Shown: in pieces, positions 24,301-37,755 of the stretch
Layout: the number at the start of each line of letters is the position of its first letter
How positions within the stretch are numbered: the first letter of the stretch is position 1
Source: Antedon mediterranea
Lineage: Eukaryota > Animalia > Echinodermata
Direction of reading: 5' to 3'
Length of the DNA stretch: 64,000 nt
Assembly (NCBI RefSeq): GCF_964355755.1
Contig: NC_092678.1
Span: 25,003,365 to 25,067,364, forward strand
Program-made: the position numbers and the translations under genes
The notes under the pieces: model-generated
The model's input: only the letters and a program-made list of their open reading frames with translations
Databases searched by the model: none
What the model was told of the DNA's origin: nothing

Positions 24301-27300
24301 AGATTACTTCAGTTAAAACATGCAGCATCAGTCCTTGTAAGGAATTCTGTCCGTTTGGTCAAGAGATGGACGAAGCAGGTTGTCCAATGTGTGATTGTAA
24401 AGAGGCCATGACGTCAACAACAAGTGAAACTTGTTACGAATCGAAGACTCATATGGAAAATGAAATCACACAATGGAAAGAACTTGAGGTTAAATCTGGC
24501 CCGTATCCATGGTTACCACAGTGCGCAGACGATGGAAGCTACAGAGAAAAACAATGTAATTACCTCGCAGGGTATGTATATCAATTTACTGTAATTATCT
24601 AAATTCTAAAACGTTGCGTCACAGCGTGATCTTTTGCGTTCGTTCTCCCCTCCTACTAACTAGAGACGCAACGCAAGGACGTAAACCAATGACAAGCGAG
24701 TTTGAATAATCCATCGCTTGTTCAATCACCTTACATACTTGCGATGCGTCTCTAGTGGGAACCAAGCTCATGTCACGCAAATTTAGTCTCTTATTGCAGA
24801 ATTAGGTTCCAAACTTAATTGCCGTTAAAACGAAATTAGAGGACATTGCGATGTGATTCTAGTGTGTACTAATCACATACTAAGAATGTTAAATCCCTCA
24901 TATCTGTTGAATCGTTAGTGACTGACTTAATAATAATAATAATATAAGCTTTACTTAAATGTGTACTTATCTAATTATAGATGTTTCTGTGTTGACACGT
25001 TGACTGGAGTGCCGAATGGAAAGAAACACTCGGACTGTGGTGAGTAGTGTTACGTAATACTTTGCTTTTAGACTCATGCGCTTCGATTAATTCGTATCAT
25101 TTTATTCAAGATTGTTCAATAAATTGGTTTTTTTTTGTCTTAGTGACGTACAAAGATTGTGTAACCAAGAGGATCACAGCTCTATTTAGAGTGCTCAGAG
25201 ATGGCGGATACAGAAAAACGGGAAAACTAGTAAGAGGCCTGTTGACCGGAAATGACGCCAACAATATGAACATCATCATGGAAATGTTGAGCGAAGAAGA
25301 GTATAACAGCATCTTATCAAACTCAGATACACATATACCAAGTTGTAATGCTTATGGTGACTATGAAGCTGTTCAATGTAGACCAGCTGAAGGAACTTGT
25401 TGGTGTGTTGATTTACAAGGAGATGCGATTGCTGGCAGCGAGAGTTCTAGTGTCTATCCTGATTGCTCCATGTATTCTCGTCAAGGTAATTTAGTTTACA
25501 AGAATTATTAGAAGCGCATTTTGTCGGTATATATGTGTCAGTTCCTATTCTGTGGGAAAACTAACGTATTTGGTTATTCATGATCATTTTTCTGTATTTT
25601 CTATTGCGTACCATTGCTTCCAGATATGCCCCAAGTTTGTAGTTATTGTCTTTTTCATGTTAGTCCACCAGTCGGCGTTCCGATTTTTGTTTGTTGAGCT
25701 CATGTATTGTACGCATGAAACGCCATATTTGCCAAAATATTTATCTGTCTATTAATTTCGGTCTAGAACTTAGACTTCATTGCTTCTTACTTACTGTATT
25801 TTTGTATTTTTTTTTCAGGTGATTCTTGGATGCCTGTTAGTACGGATACAAAGCAAGAATTAACCACTCCGCTAATCAACATCTTCATCTTCTACTGCGA
25901 GTTTAAAAACATATCAGAATCCGACGACATGTATATATTTTGGACACAAAATGGCATCCCTATTGCTTCGTTTAATGAATACCGGTACACAGAAGGGGAT
26001 GCGTTCTATTCTTCGTATCAAACGGCTACGTCATGGCTGAAGATTGACTCAATAGTAGAAGAAGATGTTGGGTCATACGGGTGTGAAATAGCGGACACGT
26101 CACGTGATTACTTCTACAAAGCTGAGCTCCAAACTTTATCAGGTAAAACAAAAGAAAAGTGTAATAATTATGATTATGGTGACATTAATGATGATAGTAT
26201 TAATCGGAATTAACCATTAATCTTCCATCACCTTTACCCAACTGTCGCTTGGTTAAGCGTGGTTCCCACTAGCGACGCAACACAAGGACGTAACGCAACG
26301 CAAGTGAATTGACCAATCACAAGCGATGGCTTATTCGCTTGTGATTGCAACTTTCTATAAATTCGCTTGTCATTGGTTAAAACGCTTGCGTTGCGTTTAC
26401 GTCCTTGCGTTACGTTCTAGTGGGAACCAAGCTTTAACAACGTCATTGCTTACGTCATTCTTCTTATTTTTGTAGTTTGGACTAGAAATGCACAATCGTG
26501 TATCATCCAAGATTGTGATAAATATTGTGGAATGGGACATCGAAATGATGAACATGGCTGCCGTACGTGTGAATGTTTCCAGAAGGAAGGTAGCAGGTTG
26601 ATTTTATTTTAATTCTGCATTTTTTCTCCTCATTTTGTGATGACTATACCAGATTGCGTTGTGTTGTCTTGTCTCTTTAGAATAGCGTGCGCGACGCATG
26701 GTGGGAAGGGTTTGGGAGCAAACGTCACGACGCGTACGTACGTACGACGTGATTCCCATCACGCATTGTGCAATAACGTTCCTCGTGAAACCAAGCTTTT
26801 TGCGATGTTAATGTTGTTCGATTTATGAAGCGCTTGTACAATCAAAAGATTGTCTCAAAGCGTTGAGAGAAAAAACAGAAAGAAAAAATTACAAAGAAAC
26901 AAGATGGGTTTTAGGAATGTTTTGAAAACTATGACAGAGGATGCATTGTTATCGGACAGATTTTGTCATTTTACATCAAGCTATTACCAACCAGCATGAT
27001 ACATAAATGACTGAATAGATCAATAGACACAATTGCATCTGTAGGCTCGTTTCACCGCCCACATGAATGCTCTCTGTATGGTTTTCGAGAATACACTGAC
27101 ATAAATTGTAGTTATTATTCCTTTTAGAGGTGTTGTGGGTTGGTGGAATCTACCAGATTCAACGGCAGATATTCCAGTCATTTGGAGCTCATAATGGACG
27201 GTAAAACTTTGATTTGTGTATAATGTATTTTATACGCATCCCAGCAAGTACCTCGCCAATAACAGGATGGATAAACTGTTGTTATAATGTAGCATGCTTA

Positions 27301-29646
27301 TAAGTCTCACTAGGTAGAGTGGAGTTTAAAGAGTCGTGAGTTACAACCCTGGTACTAGTCAGGATTGAACCATGTACCTTGGAATTGGAAGGCAAGCATA
27401 TTAACCACCAAGCTACAGCTCCACGATAGACAGCCCTTCTTTCGAGTATTACTAGATCTATAGGCTACCGTACTGGCTGTCAGACGTGTATGATATTAAA
27501 CGTTGTTTATTACCTTATAGATGTGAAGCTAAGCGTCAACTTATCAAAAGACAACTTCAAGAATTAGATTTCAGCGATCCTTATTTGGAAGTAAGCGTTG
27601 AACTCCTACCTCAGTGTGACGCAGATGGCAATTATGAACTACTACAGAACATGAAATATTTTGGGTAAGGATATTTAGTAAAGCTTGGTTCCCACTAGCG
27701 ACGCAACGCAAGGACGTAACGCAACGCAAGTGAATTGACCAATCACAAGCGATGGCTTATTCGCTTGTGATTGCTAACTGTCTATAACTTCGCTTGTGAT
27801 TGGTTAAAACGCTTGCGTTGCGTTTACGTCCTTGCGTTACGTTCTAGTGGGAACCAAGCTTATGCAATCACAAGCGAATAAGCCATCGCTTGTGGTCAAT
27901 TCACTTGCGTTGCGTTACGTCCTAGCGTTGCGTCGCTAATGGGAACCACGCTTTACACGCAACGCAAGGACGTACGCACAACGCAAGCGAGTTGACCAAT
28001 GTGAATTCACTCAGCATATTTTTTCTATTCTGCCGAAATTCTAGACTAGACTAGGGTTTACATTCGTCATCTAACTTTAAGTTTGCTCTATGTACTTTAA
28101 GGCGTATTTGTGTTGACAAGATGAGTGGACAAGTGTCTGGACGCACCGCACCAGACTGTGGTAAGCACATTCATTTAAGCAAAATCCTATTACGTCCTAA
28201 AAAGTAAGTCGTGCTTTAAAGTGGTGATCTGTCACTATATTAAAGCACAGAGAAAGTAACATTGATTTTAATACACTCACATTGCAATAAAATTTTAAAA
28301 AGAGGCATCCTATAATTCTTTCTATGACGATTTAAGATCGTAATCGTTGAATCTTCTGTTATTTTTATCAAACTAGTTTGACAAAAAAGTGTGATGTGTT
28401 CAAATATGGTAGTGATATGCCTAAATGTGGTAGTGATATGCCCACAATTGGTAGTGATATGACATCATCATGTCCATATATGGGCACATCACATTTTTTG
28501 TTTACATAAAGTTTGATAGTGTAGACAGTTGTATTGTTATAATTCAACTCTTATTCTGTGGTTTTCACTTTTCTATAGATGAATGGACAAAATGTATTGA
28601 CCAAACGACTGACACAACGACACAGCACATTGCGTTCTTCACCAACCAATCAACCGCTGACGAGGTCAAGCGTGCTGCCAACCAAGCTCGGACTTTCGGC
28701 GAGAGAGTTTCCATAATAGATCAGTCTTTCCTGACACATGTGCCTACTGAATATACGGGTGACCGTACCGGACTACCTCCCATTATAAGGTGTGATACCA
28801 ATACGGGTCTATTCTACCTCTCGCTACCCGTATGCTCAGAAACCAGTCCGACGGAATGTTGGTGTATAGATGAGAATGGTGACGAACTAGATGAAACACG
28901 AGCTGCAGTTGGCGAATCCATGCTGTGGTGTCGAGATTATGGTAAGTGTATCGCGTGCGCGCGTATACAAGCCTTAAATCTTGGTTCTTACTATGACGCA
29001 ACGCAAGGACGTAATCGCAACGCAAGCGAGTTCTCCAATCACAACGCGATGATGGATCATTCAACTATCGCTTGCCATTGGTCAACACGCTTGAGTTGGG
29101 TCTACGTCATTGCGTTGCGTCATAGTGGGAACTAAGCTTAATATTCTATTAACATTTTGACGCGCGTGTTTTGTATCTTCGTTCGTCCTGTCACTGGCTA
29201 TATTGTAAAACCTTTTATGAGAATGTTAAAAAAAACTACTAATTACATCAAATATAGATTTAGAAGTCTATAAAATAACGCTTCGTTCTCTCTTTCATTT
29301 TTGTATAGTACCAGCATCGCCTGGCCCGCGACTTGTAAACATAGATGCAGAAGAGGTGACCGTTACAGTTGGAGATACATTGACATTGAATTGTGACGTC
29401 ACCGCGTCGTCACCGGACAACTACATCATGTGGGAAACTCGTTCCCGGGCAACCTTAGAACAGACGATGGTGATGGACGATCGGTTTGAAAAGGCTGGAG
29501 ACGAGATTACCGATTTTGCACTGCGAATCACTAACATCCAAGAAGAGGACGCTGGGCTTTATACATGTAACTTATACAATTATCAATCTATGAACGATCA
29601 GAAAGAGTATTCCGTCATCGTGGAACAAGTTTCCATTGACGGTTAA
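21306..29646 (+). CDS. Gene C: 17-exon secreted protein (~989 aa) with the same CUB/TY/antistasin/Ig architecture as gene B
   Basis: Exons: 21306-21340 (MFFLYFSLVFL), 21762-22210, 22498-22570, 22907-22965, 23188-23215, 23347-23478, 23876-23940, 24259-24571, 24981-25039, 25144-25485, 25819-26142, 26476-26589, 27128-27200, 27521-27664, 28102-28160, 28579-28941, 29309-29646 (TAA). All introns GT-AG; the sum is 2970 nt, in frame. Confidence 0.9.
21762..22210 (+). CDS. Gene C exon 2: CUB-like domain
   Basis: CSRDFNV...CSYHFRSKEGQKIMLSINHIGL...CVPKI...FCN...FVSVAKSSKIVYYGPSDSDGILLIHYWFV. Confidence 0.8.
26255..26434. mobile_element. MITE family 1, near-intact copy
   Basis: AGCGTGGTTCCCACTAG...CTAGTGGGAACCAAGCT flanked by TTA; nearly identical to 27681-27861. 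Confidence 0.85.
27320..27425 (-). mobile_element. tRNA-derived SINE head fragment
   Basis: Minus strand reads GTAGCTTGGTGGTTAA (A-box)...GGTTCAATCC (B-box). Confidence 0.55.
27681..27953. mobile_element. MITE family 1, intact copy followed by an extra half copy
   Basis: Perfect terminal inverted repeats AAGCTTGGTTCCCACTAG / CTAGTGGGAACCAAGCTT at 27681-27861, then a second right arm to 27953. Confidence 0.85.
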
Positions 29647-30559
29647 CTGTATAACGCGTTTCAATGCGTTTCGATTCTGATAAAACGCGTTGAACACTCA
29701 ACAGCCATCCAGCGTATACTATCATGATCATTTGAATTGAAGTAAAATTTATTATTTTACAGATATAGTTCAATATTGTATGTGTACATAACATTATTAG
29801 GCTTAACATTAAATAACGTAAACAGTTGAATGATCACATAGAAGGCACAGTGGCATTAGATCCTTTACTTAACTAATTAAGAATAAATTAAAATAAATAA
29901 ATGTTTAGGTTCGGGTAATGCAGAGTCCGAAAATTCCATAAAACGAAAATCTGCGTTACCGTCTTTGAACTCGAGTACACTCAAAGTATTAATTTCTTCC
30001 ATGATCACATTAATCAATGTTAAATCAGTGGAAATCTAAAAGATATAATACTTTGTTAATATTGCTTGTTTTATTACATACTTTTTGTTGTATTATTTTT
30101 TACACTGTAATTGTAAGTTAACCTTTATACAATGATATTAAACAAGTTTGCGTAAAAAAAACCAAGCCATTTAATTGAAAATAATGACAGCAGTGTTTTA
30201 ACGGATATATTTTTATTTTGTTTAAATATTTTTTCCAGCAAAAACTGATTTTGTAAAGTTACGTGGTTGTCTTTTTAGCCGCCCCACCCCATTACTGCCC
30301 TTCCCTCCCTTTCCTTTCCATAGGCCTACACATTCACAAATATCGGTGGTATGGTCTTATTCTTCCACTCCAATACCATTAAGTGTACGCGCGTAGGCCT
30401 ATTTAATATATGATGAATGTAATCCTGTTATAGTATCAAGTAAATAATGATGAAAGGACATAGTAAATAGGAACGCCCGACGATTTCTAAAAGTTAAACT
30501 AAATAGAGGACGTATTATAAAAGCAATTAATTTTGAGCGCGAAAAGTGAATCCAGAATT

Positions 30560-30706
30560 CCAGTGACGTGAATAGCCAATCACTGTGTGGGTTAATTTGC
30601 ATATCCAGATGACACCTGCAAGCGTGTAGAAGCACACGGTCGCCATTCGTCGTCGAGTCAGCAGTGGAGGAGGGTGTGAATGGATGGAGGCTTACAGTGG
30701 GTACGT
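30560..30706 (+). promoter_or_regulatory. Promoter-like motif cluster followed by a candidate first exon and donor
   Basis: TGACGT (30564), AGCCAATC (30574), ATTTGCAT (30595), CACCTG, CGCCAT, locally CpG-rich, donor-like G|GTACGT at 30700/30701. Confidence 0.4.
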
Positions 30707-33700
30707 ACTCAAATATTGTATTAACTATTATTATTCATACTATTATAATTCCGCATTATAATATGCTTACCGATAATTAAAGTATAACATTATTAGACAT
30801 TAATAGTAAATAGTGTATTTTACATTTATAAAAACATTGACCACGTGCACTTGATATTAAAGATGGCTGCACTGAGTCACATGGTGTTGGTGGCCGTGTC
30901 TGTAATCCGTTGGTGGCCGTACCTATAGTCCGTTGGTGGCCGTGTCTATATCCATAATTTATTACTCGCATTACATTAATACTTAAAGATGTATTGTCCC
31001 TTGAAACACAAAAAATGAAGGTCAAAATATTCTAAATTTAAATCGGCCATATCAAAGTAATAGTAAAGTTGTTCACTTTAAGTCGAAAATTCGAGCCAAA
31101 AACAACAAGTTTACGTAATAAACAGGTAAATTAATTTGATTACATTTCATCTGGAAAATCGTCGCGAGCGAAAGTAAACAAAGATTTCAAACCACGAGTA
31201 TGCATTATGCATGATGCTAATTGGGATTGTTTACAACTCGTCACGGTTGAGAAGGTTTTTTCACACAGATCGCGAAGAAGTTTTATGATTATGCATACAG
31301 AGTAGCCAAATAAGAGCAATGCATTATGAGATATGTTTTTATCAAAAACTTTGACTGGAAGTCAAAGTTATTTTTTGAACAAAAAAAAGTCTGTATTTCA
31401 ATTATATGATTTTTTTTCGACTAATTTTTGGTGAAAGTTAATAACTATTATGATACTTCAAAATAACCCACTTTTTTTCTTATGTTCTTACAGATATAAT
31501 ATTCTATAGGCCTAGTTTAGTGTGCAATAACTTTTTAGTAATATATTTTTCATTTGTTTATTTAAATGTTTTGTGATTTTGTAAAGCCTCATAATATTTG
31601 GCTCTTTGAATCCTATGTGTTCTTTAAAAAAAAAAATAATATAAAAATGTATAAACGTTTCAAAATATGCCTTCAAGTTGATAAACGGCCGCCGTTTGTT
31701 GAGTATTATTATGTTGTAGCCCCTTGAGATAGGCGCGTTTGGGCAGTTATTATCTTTAATTTATTCAATTCAATGTAAATATTATTTAATTTCCACCTTT
31801 TATTTTTTATCTTGTAAAATATGTTCTGAAATCGTTATTTTCTAATGTTATCTTTTGTTTTTACAGGTCGTGCATGAAACGGTTGATATTGGCCGTGTTT
31901 GATTAACAACATTAGGCAAAATTTTAACGACCAACTGAAGTCGCTAGACATTTGTGCCTTAGTATCCTCCCAAAGAAGATGAAGGACAATAGAAAGGGAC
32001 GGACGGACAGACAGACGGTCGGTCAACAAAAAATAGTAAGACCTAACCCTGGAACCATTCAATCTAACATGTGTTTACCAATGTGTATGTAATTATTAGT
32101 TATATATGCATATAACACATGGTAGTTTCAATAGTTCATTACATTTCAGATGGACTAACACTTTTAGTTTAATTACATTGTATTTTCAGTGGAGTGAGCT
32201 GGTTCCTGATTCCCTTGATCTCTTAACACATAATATACATGTAATACTTTTGGTATTATGTTGATATATTATGTGCGTGTTGTATCATGCGTTATTATAT
32301 ATATGCTGTTCTATAATATGCTGTTGTATATAATGTATAACATTTATATATTATGCTTTTGTCTCATGTTATAGTTTGTTGGTGTTCCGCAAACAACATG
32401 AAATGCTTTTGTCTCATGTTATAGTTTGTTGGTGTTCCGCAAACAACATGAAATGCTTTTGTATTATGTTTTTATTTACAGGACTTTTCTATATTTATAT
32501 TTTTTTTAAACAATATATGTATTTGTAATTGAAATGTTGCATAATGCATGTGTCATTGATATAGGCCTATAACTATAGAGGCGATGTGTGCATTATGCTT
32601 CTTGTTCGTTTCCTTATGATTACTAACACACAGCAGGAGAGGCTAGCAACGTCTGGATAACAACGGCTGGATAACTTACAATCATCAATCATACAACCAT
32701 ATATACAATATTGCTAGACAGTAGACAATAAGTTACTTAAGTTACATCTTTACAACATTAAAAAAAACAATTGTATTAAGTGAACTATACATTAACCAAT
32801 TGTTTAAAAATGTTATTTAAGAATGCCAATAAAGTTTTTAAAAAAAAAGTGTAATATATTTATTTTAGTATTATACCTAACATTAATTATTTATAATATG
32901 TGTGTGCATGATACAACACGCCGGTGTATAATATCCCTATAATGTTGTACGCTGGCTTCCATGTTTATCCACAGTGGAAGGTAGGTACTAACGCAGCAAG
33001 ACTTCCTTAACGCATTGGATTGTGACTTAGTTGTTAGGCTAGGCTTGTGATTTTATCCCAAAACAAACTCATGTATTTTTTTTTCTCTTCCGTGGATTGT
33101 TGGTAGCCGGCGCTTCTGACAATCTCAAGAGAGATTTTTTTTTAAAATATTTTATTTCAGCTTGATGTCTTCTGTGACATCTGGGTAAACTAATGCTCTG
33201 TCATTCTTTAACGTTTAGTGACTTCGCACGTCAGCATACTTTGCATGGCTGTCACTAATGTCAAATAATATTTCTGTCGAGTATGGTTATTCAAAGCAGT
33301 TATATAGGGCAGCTACTTGGGTAACTGTATTTGATATAAACATAGGAACTTGATATTTTGAAAGAGATGTGATATAAATTAAATTAAAAAACACGATGTT
33401 GAACAAGATTTACCGTGAATTCTTTATAGGGAGTCTTTACGTGTACGTCCTCTGTTCAACATTTAAATTCAAAATAAACAAATAAAATAAATAAATAAAT
33501 AAAATGGAAAACATCAAATACAACACATAAAATACAAAAAATAAAATGCACTCGACAACATAGACATAACAAATTCTCATTTAAATGATTTGATTTAATT
33601 AAAAGTTGTTTGTATTAACCAAATATTTTTATTTCAGCTTTGTTTGGGAGGGAAGGGAACACCCCACTAAAAGTAGTTTAAGTTCCTGTTTGTAAACTGT

Positions 33701-34159
33701 CTCGTGTATGGCGAGCAGTAAGCGCATTTTGTAAACAAATAACCATTTTTACTTTTCAGGTATAGGGTAATTTTTTGTAAACTGTCTACCACATGAATGG
33801 AAGGCGGTATTAGACGCATTTGTACACTAACAATTAACATCTTCACTAAATTCTTTCATTAGGCCTCGTTATGTGACTTTGGATATCAACCACATACGGG
33901 TTCCATGGTCTAGTGGTACATGTGAGTTATTATTAATCAGTACTTCGGTATTTGGTTAAAATAATTCTACATTCCTTTTTTGGTGGTGGTGGCGGTTGGT
34001 TTATTAGGTAATGTTCCAAACCATATAAACCAGCTTCAAAACTCCTCCAGTCCTCGGAAACACTAAATTTAAAGTTAGACGAGATTTTTTTGGAACAATG
34101 TTCTCTTTGTTTATATCCGCTTTTGTTACTGTTCATGAAAAGGTTTGTAATATTGCTGG

Positions 34160-34300
34160 CTGATTTGCATAATACTGATGTCTGATTTGCAAAATACTGA
34201 TGTCTAATTTGCATAATACTGATGTCTAATTTGCATAATACTGCTGTCTAATTTGCATAATACTGCTGTCTAATTTGCATAAACCTAATTTGCATAAAAT
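34160..34300. repeat. 24-bp-period tandem repeat carrying octamer ATTTGCAT motifs
   Basis: CTAATTTGCATAATACTGATGT-like units, about 6-7 copies. Confidence 0.85.
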
Positions 34301-34799
34301 ATCGAACATGTGGCAAAATGCAACAAACTAATAGCCGAGGTCATTGTCTGGCCATAGAAGAATGGAATTAACCAGTAATCTTGTTGCATGTATCTCTCCA
34401 ATAATGCATTTATCTGGCTTGTAGGCCAAGATATGGTAGTTTATTTTATGCTTTCAGGCTGTCAGTGGTTTAACACTGCTGTGTACAAATTGCAATGGTC
34501 CAACGTGATTAAAAGATAAGTATCGTAATTTATTTAAAGTAAATTATTGTAGGGGTAACTCTCCCTCCCCATCCCAATATCCTACCTCTCTAAGTAATTC
34601 CATGAAGAATTACCAATTAATGAAATCACTGTGGAAACATAATACTAGCTTTAGTGAAGAATAACAATTCTTAAAAGGGGAATTTGATTATATTTAAAAA
34701 AAATAATTTATAGCCGGTACAAAACTAATTTGATTTTTTTTCTTCAAAATAGTAATTTGAATCGCAATTGACTTCTGAACCTTGAATGTTTTATAAACC

Positions 34800-37380
34800 T
34801 TCATGACGTGTGCTGACGAACGTATGACGTGTGTGCGCATGTTGTTCGTTTGGCGTCTTGCGCGCGCGTCGGCGTATGTTTTCTGAATAGTGGAGTATCC
34901 AATCGCATCATCCATATCATTATCATTGTTCTCGTCGTATTTTCTTTTTTTTAAGTAGAGCCGTCAGGACCGAAGTATGCAGATGATTTATGTTTTACAT
35001 TACATAAAAACATGAAAGGTTACAGAAGTCAACTAAAATTCAAAGACTATGAAAAAAAATGTTGCGGTTGCGTAAAATGCAACGGGTCTAATAATGTGGG
35101 GTACTACAGTGAAAATGCCTTCAATTTTACTATGTACTTTATTGCACGCGTACATTTTTTGGGAAGACTCTCTATTCACTACTCCTACACCATATCCTCA
35201 TTAGTTTTAATTGGTGAAAACCTAACTATTGATTTGTTTTTTTCTTGTTAGACGCAGCAGACCTCAAGATCCTAACGGACACCATGGTTGGTTGTAGCCT
35301 ACAGACAAGTAGCAATGGTTAGTTGGTTGGCTGGTTGTACACACTGGTATAGGATGAAGGTAATTAAATGGTTGCACTTTTCGTCACCAATGATCCTTTT
35401 CGTTATATTTATATTGTCTGTTCGTTTTGTTACAGGTTGCACTTTACCAAGGACCTAGCTCTCAGCAACATGGATGGTGGTTGTCGTCTGACTCATGTGG
35501 TTGATGGTTCTTGTGGAATCTCAAAGATGAGGTAAAAATAAGCTTATGAACGTGGAAATTATTCAAAGACTTTGTAACATTATTTAATTACATTTTCTGG
35601 TTTGCATTGTTACAGGAACCACGATGCATCTGGCCAATAACATTGTTCTAAAGCATGTGGTTGATTGATCTGGTGTATTCTTTGGAAGAAGATAAAAGAA
35701 TAATATTAGCTTATGGCTGTGGAGATAATTTAAAGACGTCTGTAACACATTCACAGATTTGTTTTTGTTTCAGGAGAATCTTGACAAGGAGGTTAGAATG
35801 GATGATGTCCGGTGTCTCTCTGAGCTGTCGCATGTTCTTTATGGTTCTTGTGGATTGAAGGAGGTAAAAAGAAGAATTAGCTTATGGCTGACTTATGGTA
35901 ATGGTTTTAGTTGTATAATCTAATGTTATATCGTATTTCTCAAGTTATAAAACCCCTTTGCATTTACTTTTAGTGCCGCAGACAGCTTCTACGTTCTTAC
36001 TGTAAGATGGATGATGCGCGACAGAGGACATTCCAATACGCTTGATGTTGCAGGTGAATTAGCTATCATTAGATACTAAATAATTCCAACCACCAGATTG
36101 ATATTTAAAATTGTTGCATGGATTTGATTATGGAAGCCAATTGGTTGATTATCATTGTATTTTCTATTTTTAAATGTGTAATTTTTTTAATGGCTGTTTG
36201 AATCTCAAGCGTATTGGAATGTCCCATCCCTATAAACAACTTGATTGATTTAAACCCTAAAACTGATCGCTTAAAGACATTAAGAAACGCAAATAAGATA
36301 TATATTCCACACAGTAGACTAGAAATTAATAAAAGATCAATTTTTATTGAAGGACCAACATACTGGAATAAACTCCAGTCTACCCTAGAACAAAATCACA
36401 TGACCTCACTCCCTATGCTAAAGTACAATATTAAAAAGATATTTGAAACATATTGCTAGCTACTATTGCTACTGCAAAATTGGGGTTGTAAACATTTAGC
36501 TTAATATCACTTTGTTGTGTTTGTGTTTTTGTTTTGTTTTGTTTTTTTGTTTTTTTTTCTGTCTCAAAATGTCAATTTTTGTTAATGTAATGCGTCCGTA
36601 TAATATGTTTTATGTTTATGCTTAGGACTACAAAGACAAGCCACTTTGGCTTCTGTGTATCTTAACCCATAAACTTTGTAAAATATTGAATATTGAATAA
36701 ATGTTGTTGTACCATAACTGAAATTGTTTATTTCAACGGTATCTTAACTACAATGTAAACGTAATTTAATGTTCAAATAAAGTTGTCAAGATGTAAGAAA
36801 TGGTAGTGACTGGCACACTGTAGGATGGATGATACCCAAGAACCAAACTATATTATTGGGTAGGTGATATACTGTATAAATAATATTTAATTTATAAATG
36901 ACACCAAATTATAAGCAAGAGATATTCGTTGTCGACGAATTGAACTTGCCACCAAAGATGACCATGGATTATTACACATTTGATATAGCGCTCTAATGCT
37001 TGGTTCCCACTAGAGACGCAACACAACGTAAAGGAAAGCAATCACAAACGATGGATTTATTCGAACTGTCCCTTGTCATTGGTCAACTCGTTTGCGTTAC
37101 GTCATAGTGAGAACAAAGCTTTAGAATGAACCATTACCAAAAGCGTTGTACATTTAAATTATGTAACATAAACTTGTTGGAAGAGAAACGTTTTTAGTAA
37201 TACGCATGGCCATGAATGAGATGCAAATAACTTTAGTATAATATGATATATTATATTATATATTTTTTGAATGATATTTTTTTTAAACACTTTAACATAT
37301 TTTCAGTGGCCATCCTTGTATACGAAACTTATCACCGAAGCATGCCGTTGATCGTAGAAACTGTGCTAGATGGTGGAAAG
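34800..37380 (+). ncRNA. Candidate multi-exon long non-coding RNA
   Basis: Series of pyrimidine-tract AG...GT blocks (35252-35359, 35436-35531, 35615-~35690, 35774-35863, 35974-36053, 37307-37380) with no continuous ORF; upstream TGACGT x2 and GCGCATG near 34800-34870. Confidence 0.4.
36214..36701 (+). mobile_element. 5'-truncated LINE 3' end (L2/CR1-group ORF2 C-terminus)
   Basis: LRNANKIYIPHSRLEINKRSIFIEGPTYWNKL...KYNIKK matches the typical end of L2/CR1-group ORF2; T-rich UTR and AATAAA near 36696. Confidence 0.7.
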
Positions 37381-37544
37381 GTGATGAGGTGATAGGGTGA
37401 TGATGTGATAAGGTGATAAGGTTTTCTTATTTATTTTTCCTTTATTCTCCTTCTTCCTTGAACTCCTCTTCTATGTAATCCGTTTGATATTTCTATTTTC
37501 AGTATGTTATGCTTTATTAGTTGATTTTAAAAAGCTAACGGCTA

Positions 37545-37755
37545 ATAGTATAATGATGACGCGAGCAGTGTGAGGCGAATTCTATAATGATGACGCAAAA
37601 TAATAGTATATTAATGATGACGCAAATAGTAATACGCTAATTCTATAATGATGACGCAAAATAATAGTATATTAATGATGACGCGAGCAGTATGACGCGA
37701 ATTCTATAATGATGACGCAAACAGTACGACGCGAATTTTATATATGTTGACGCGA
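37545..37755. repeat. ~29-bp degenerate tandem repeat
   Basis: TATAATGATGACGC core, 6-7 copies. Confidence 0.8.

Noticed and set aside
37545-37755. Repeated ATGATGA as snoRNA C boxes
   Set aside because: No matching CTGA D boxes or terminal stems; it is a simple tandem repeat.
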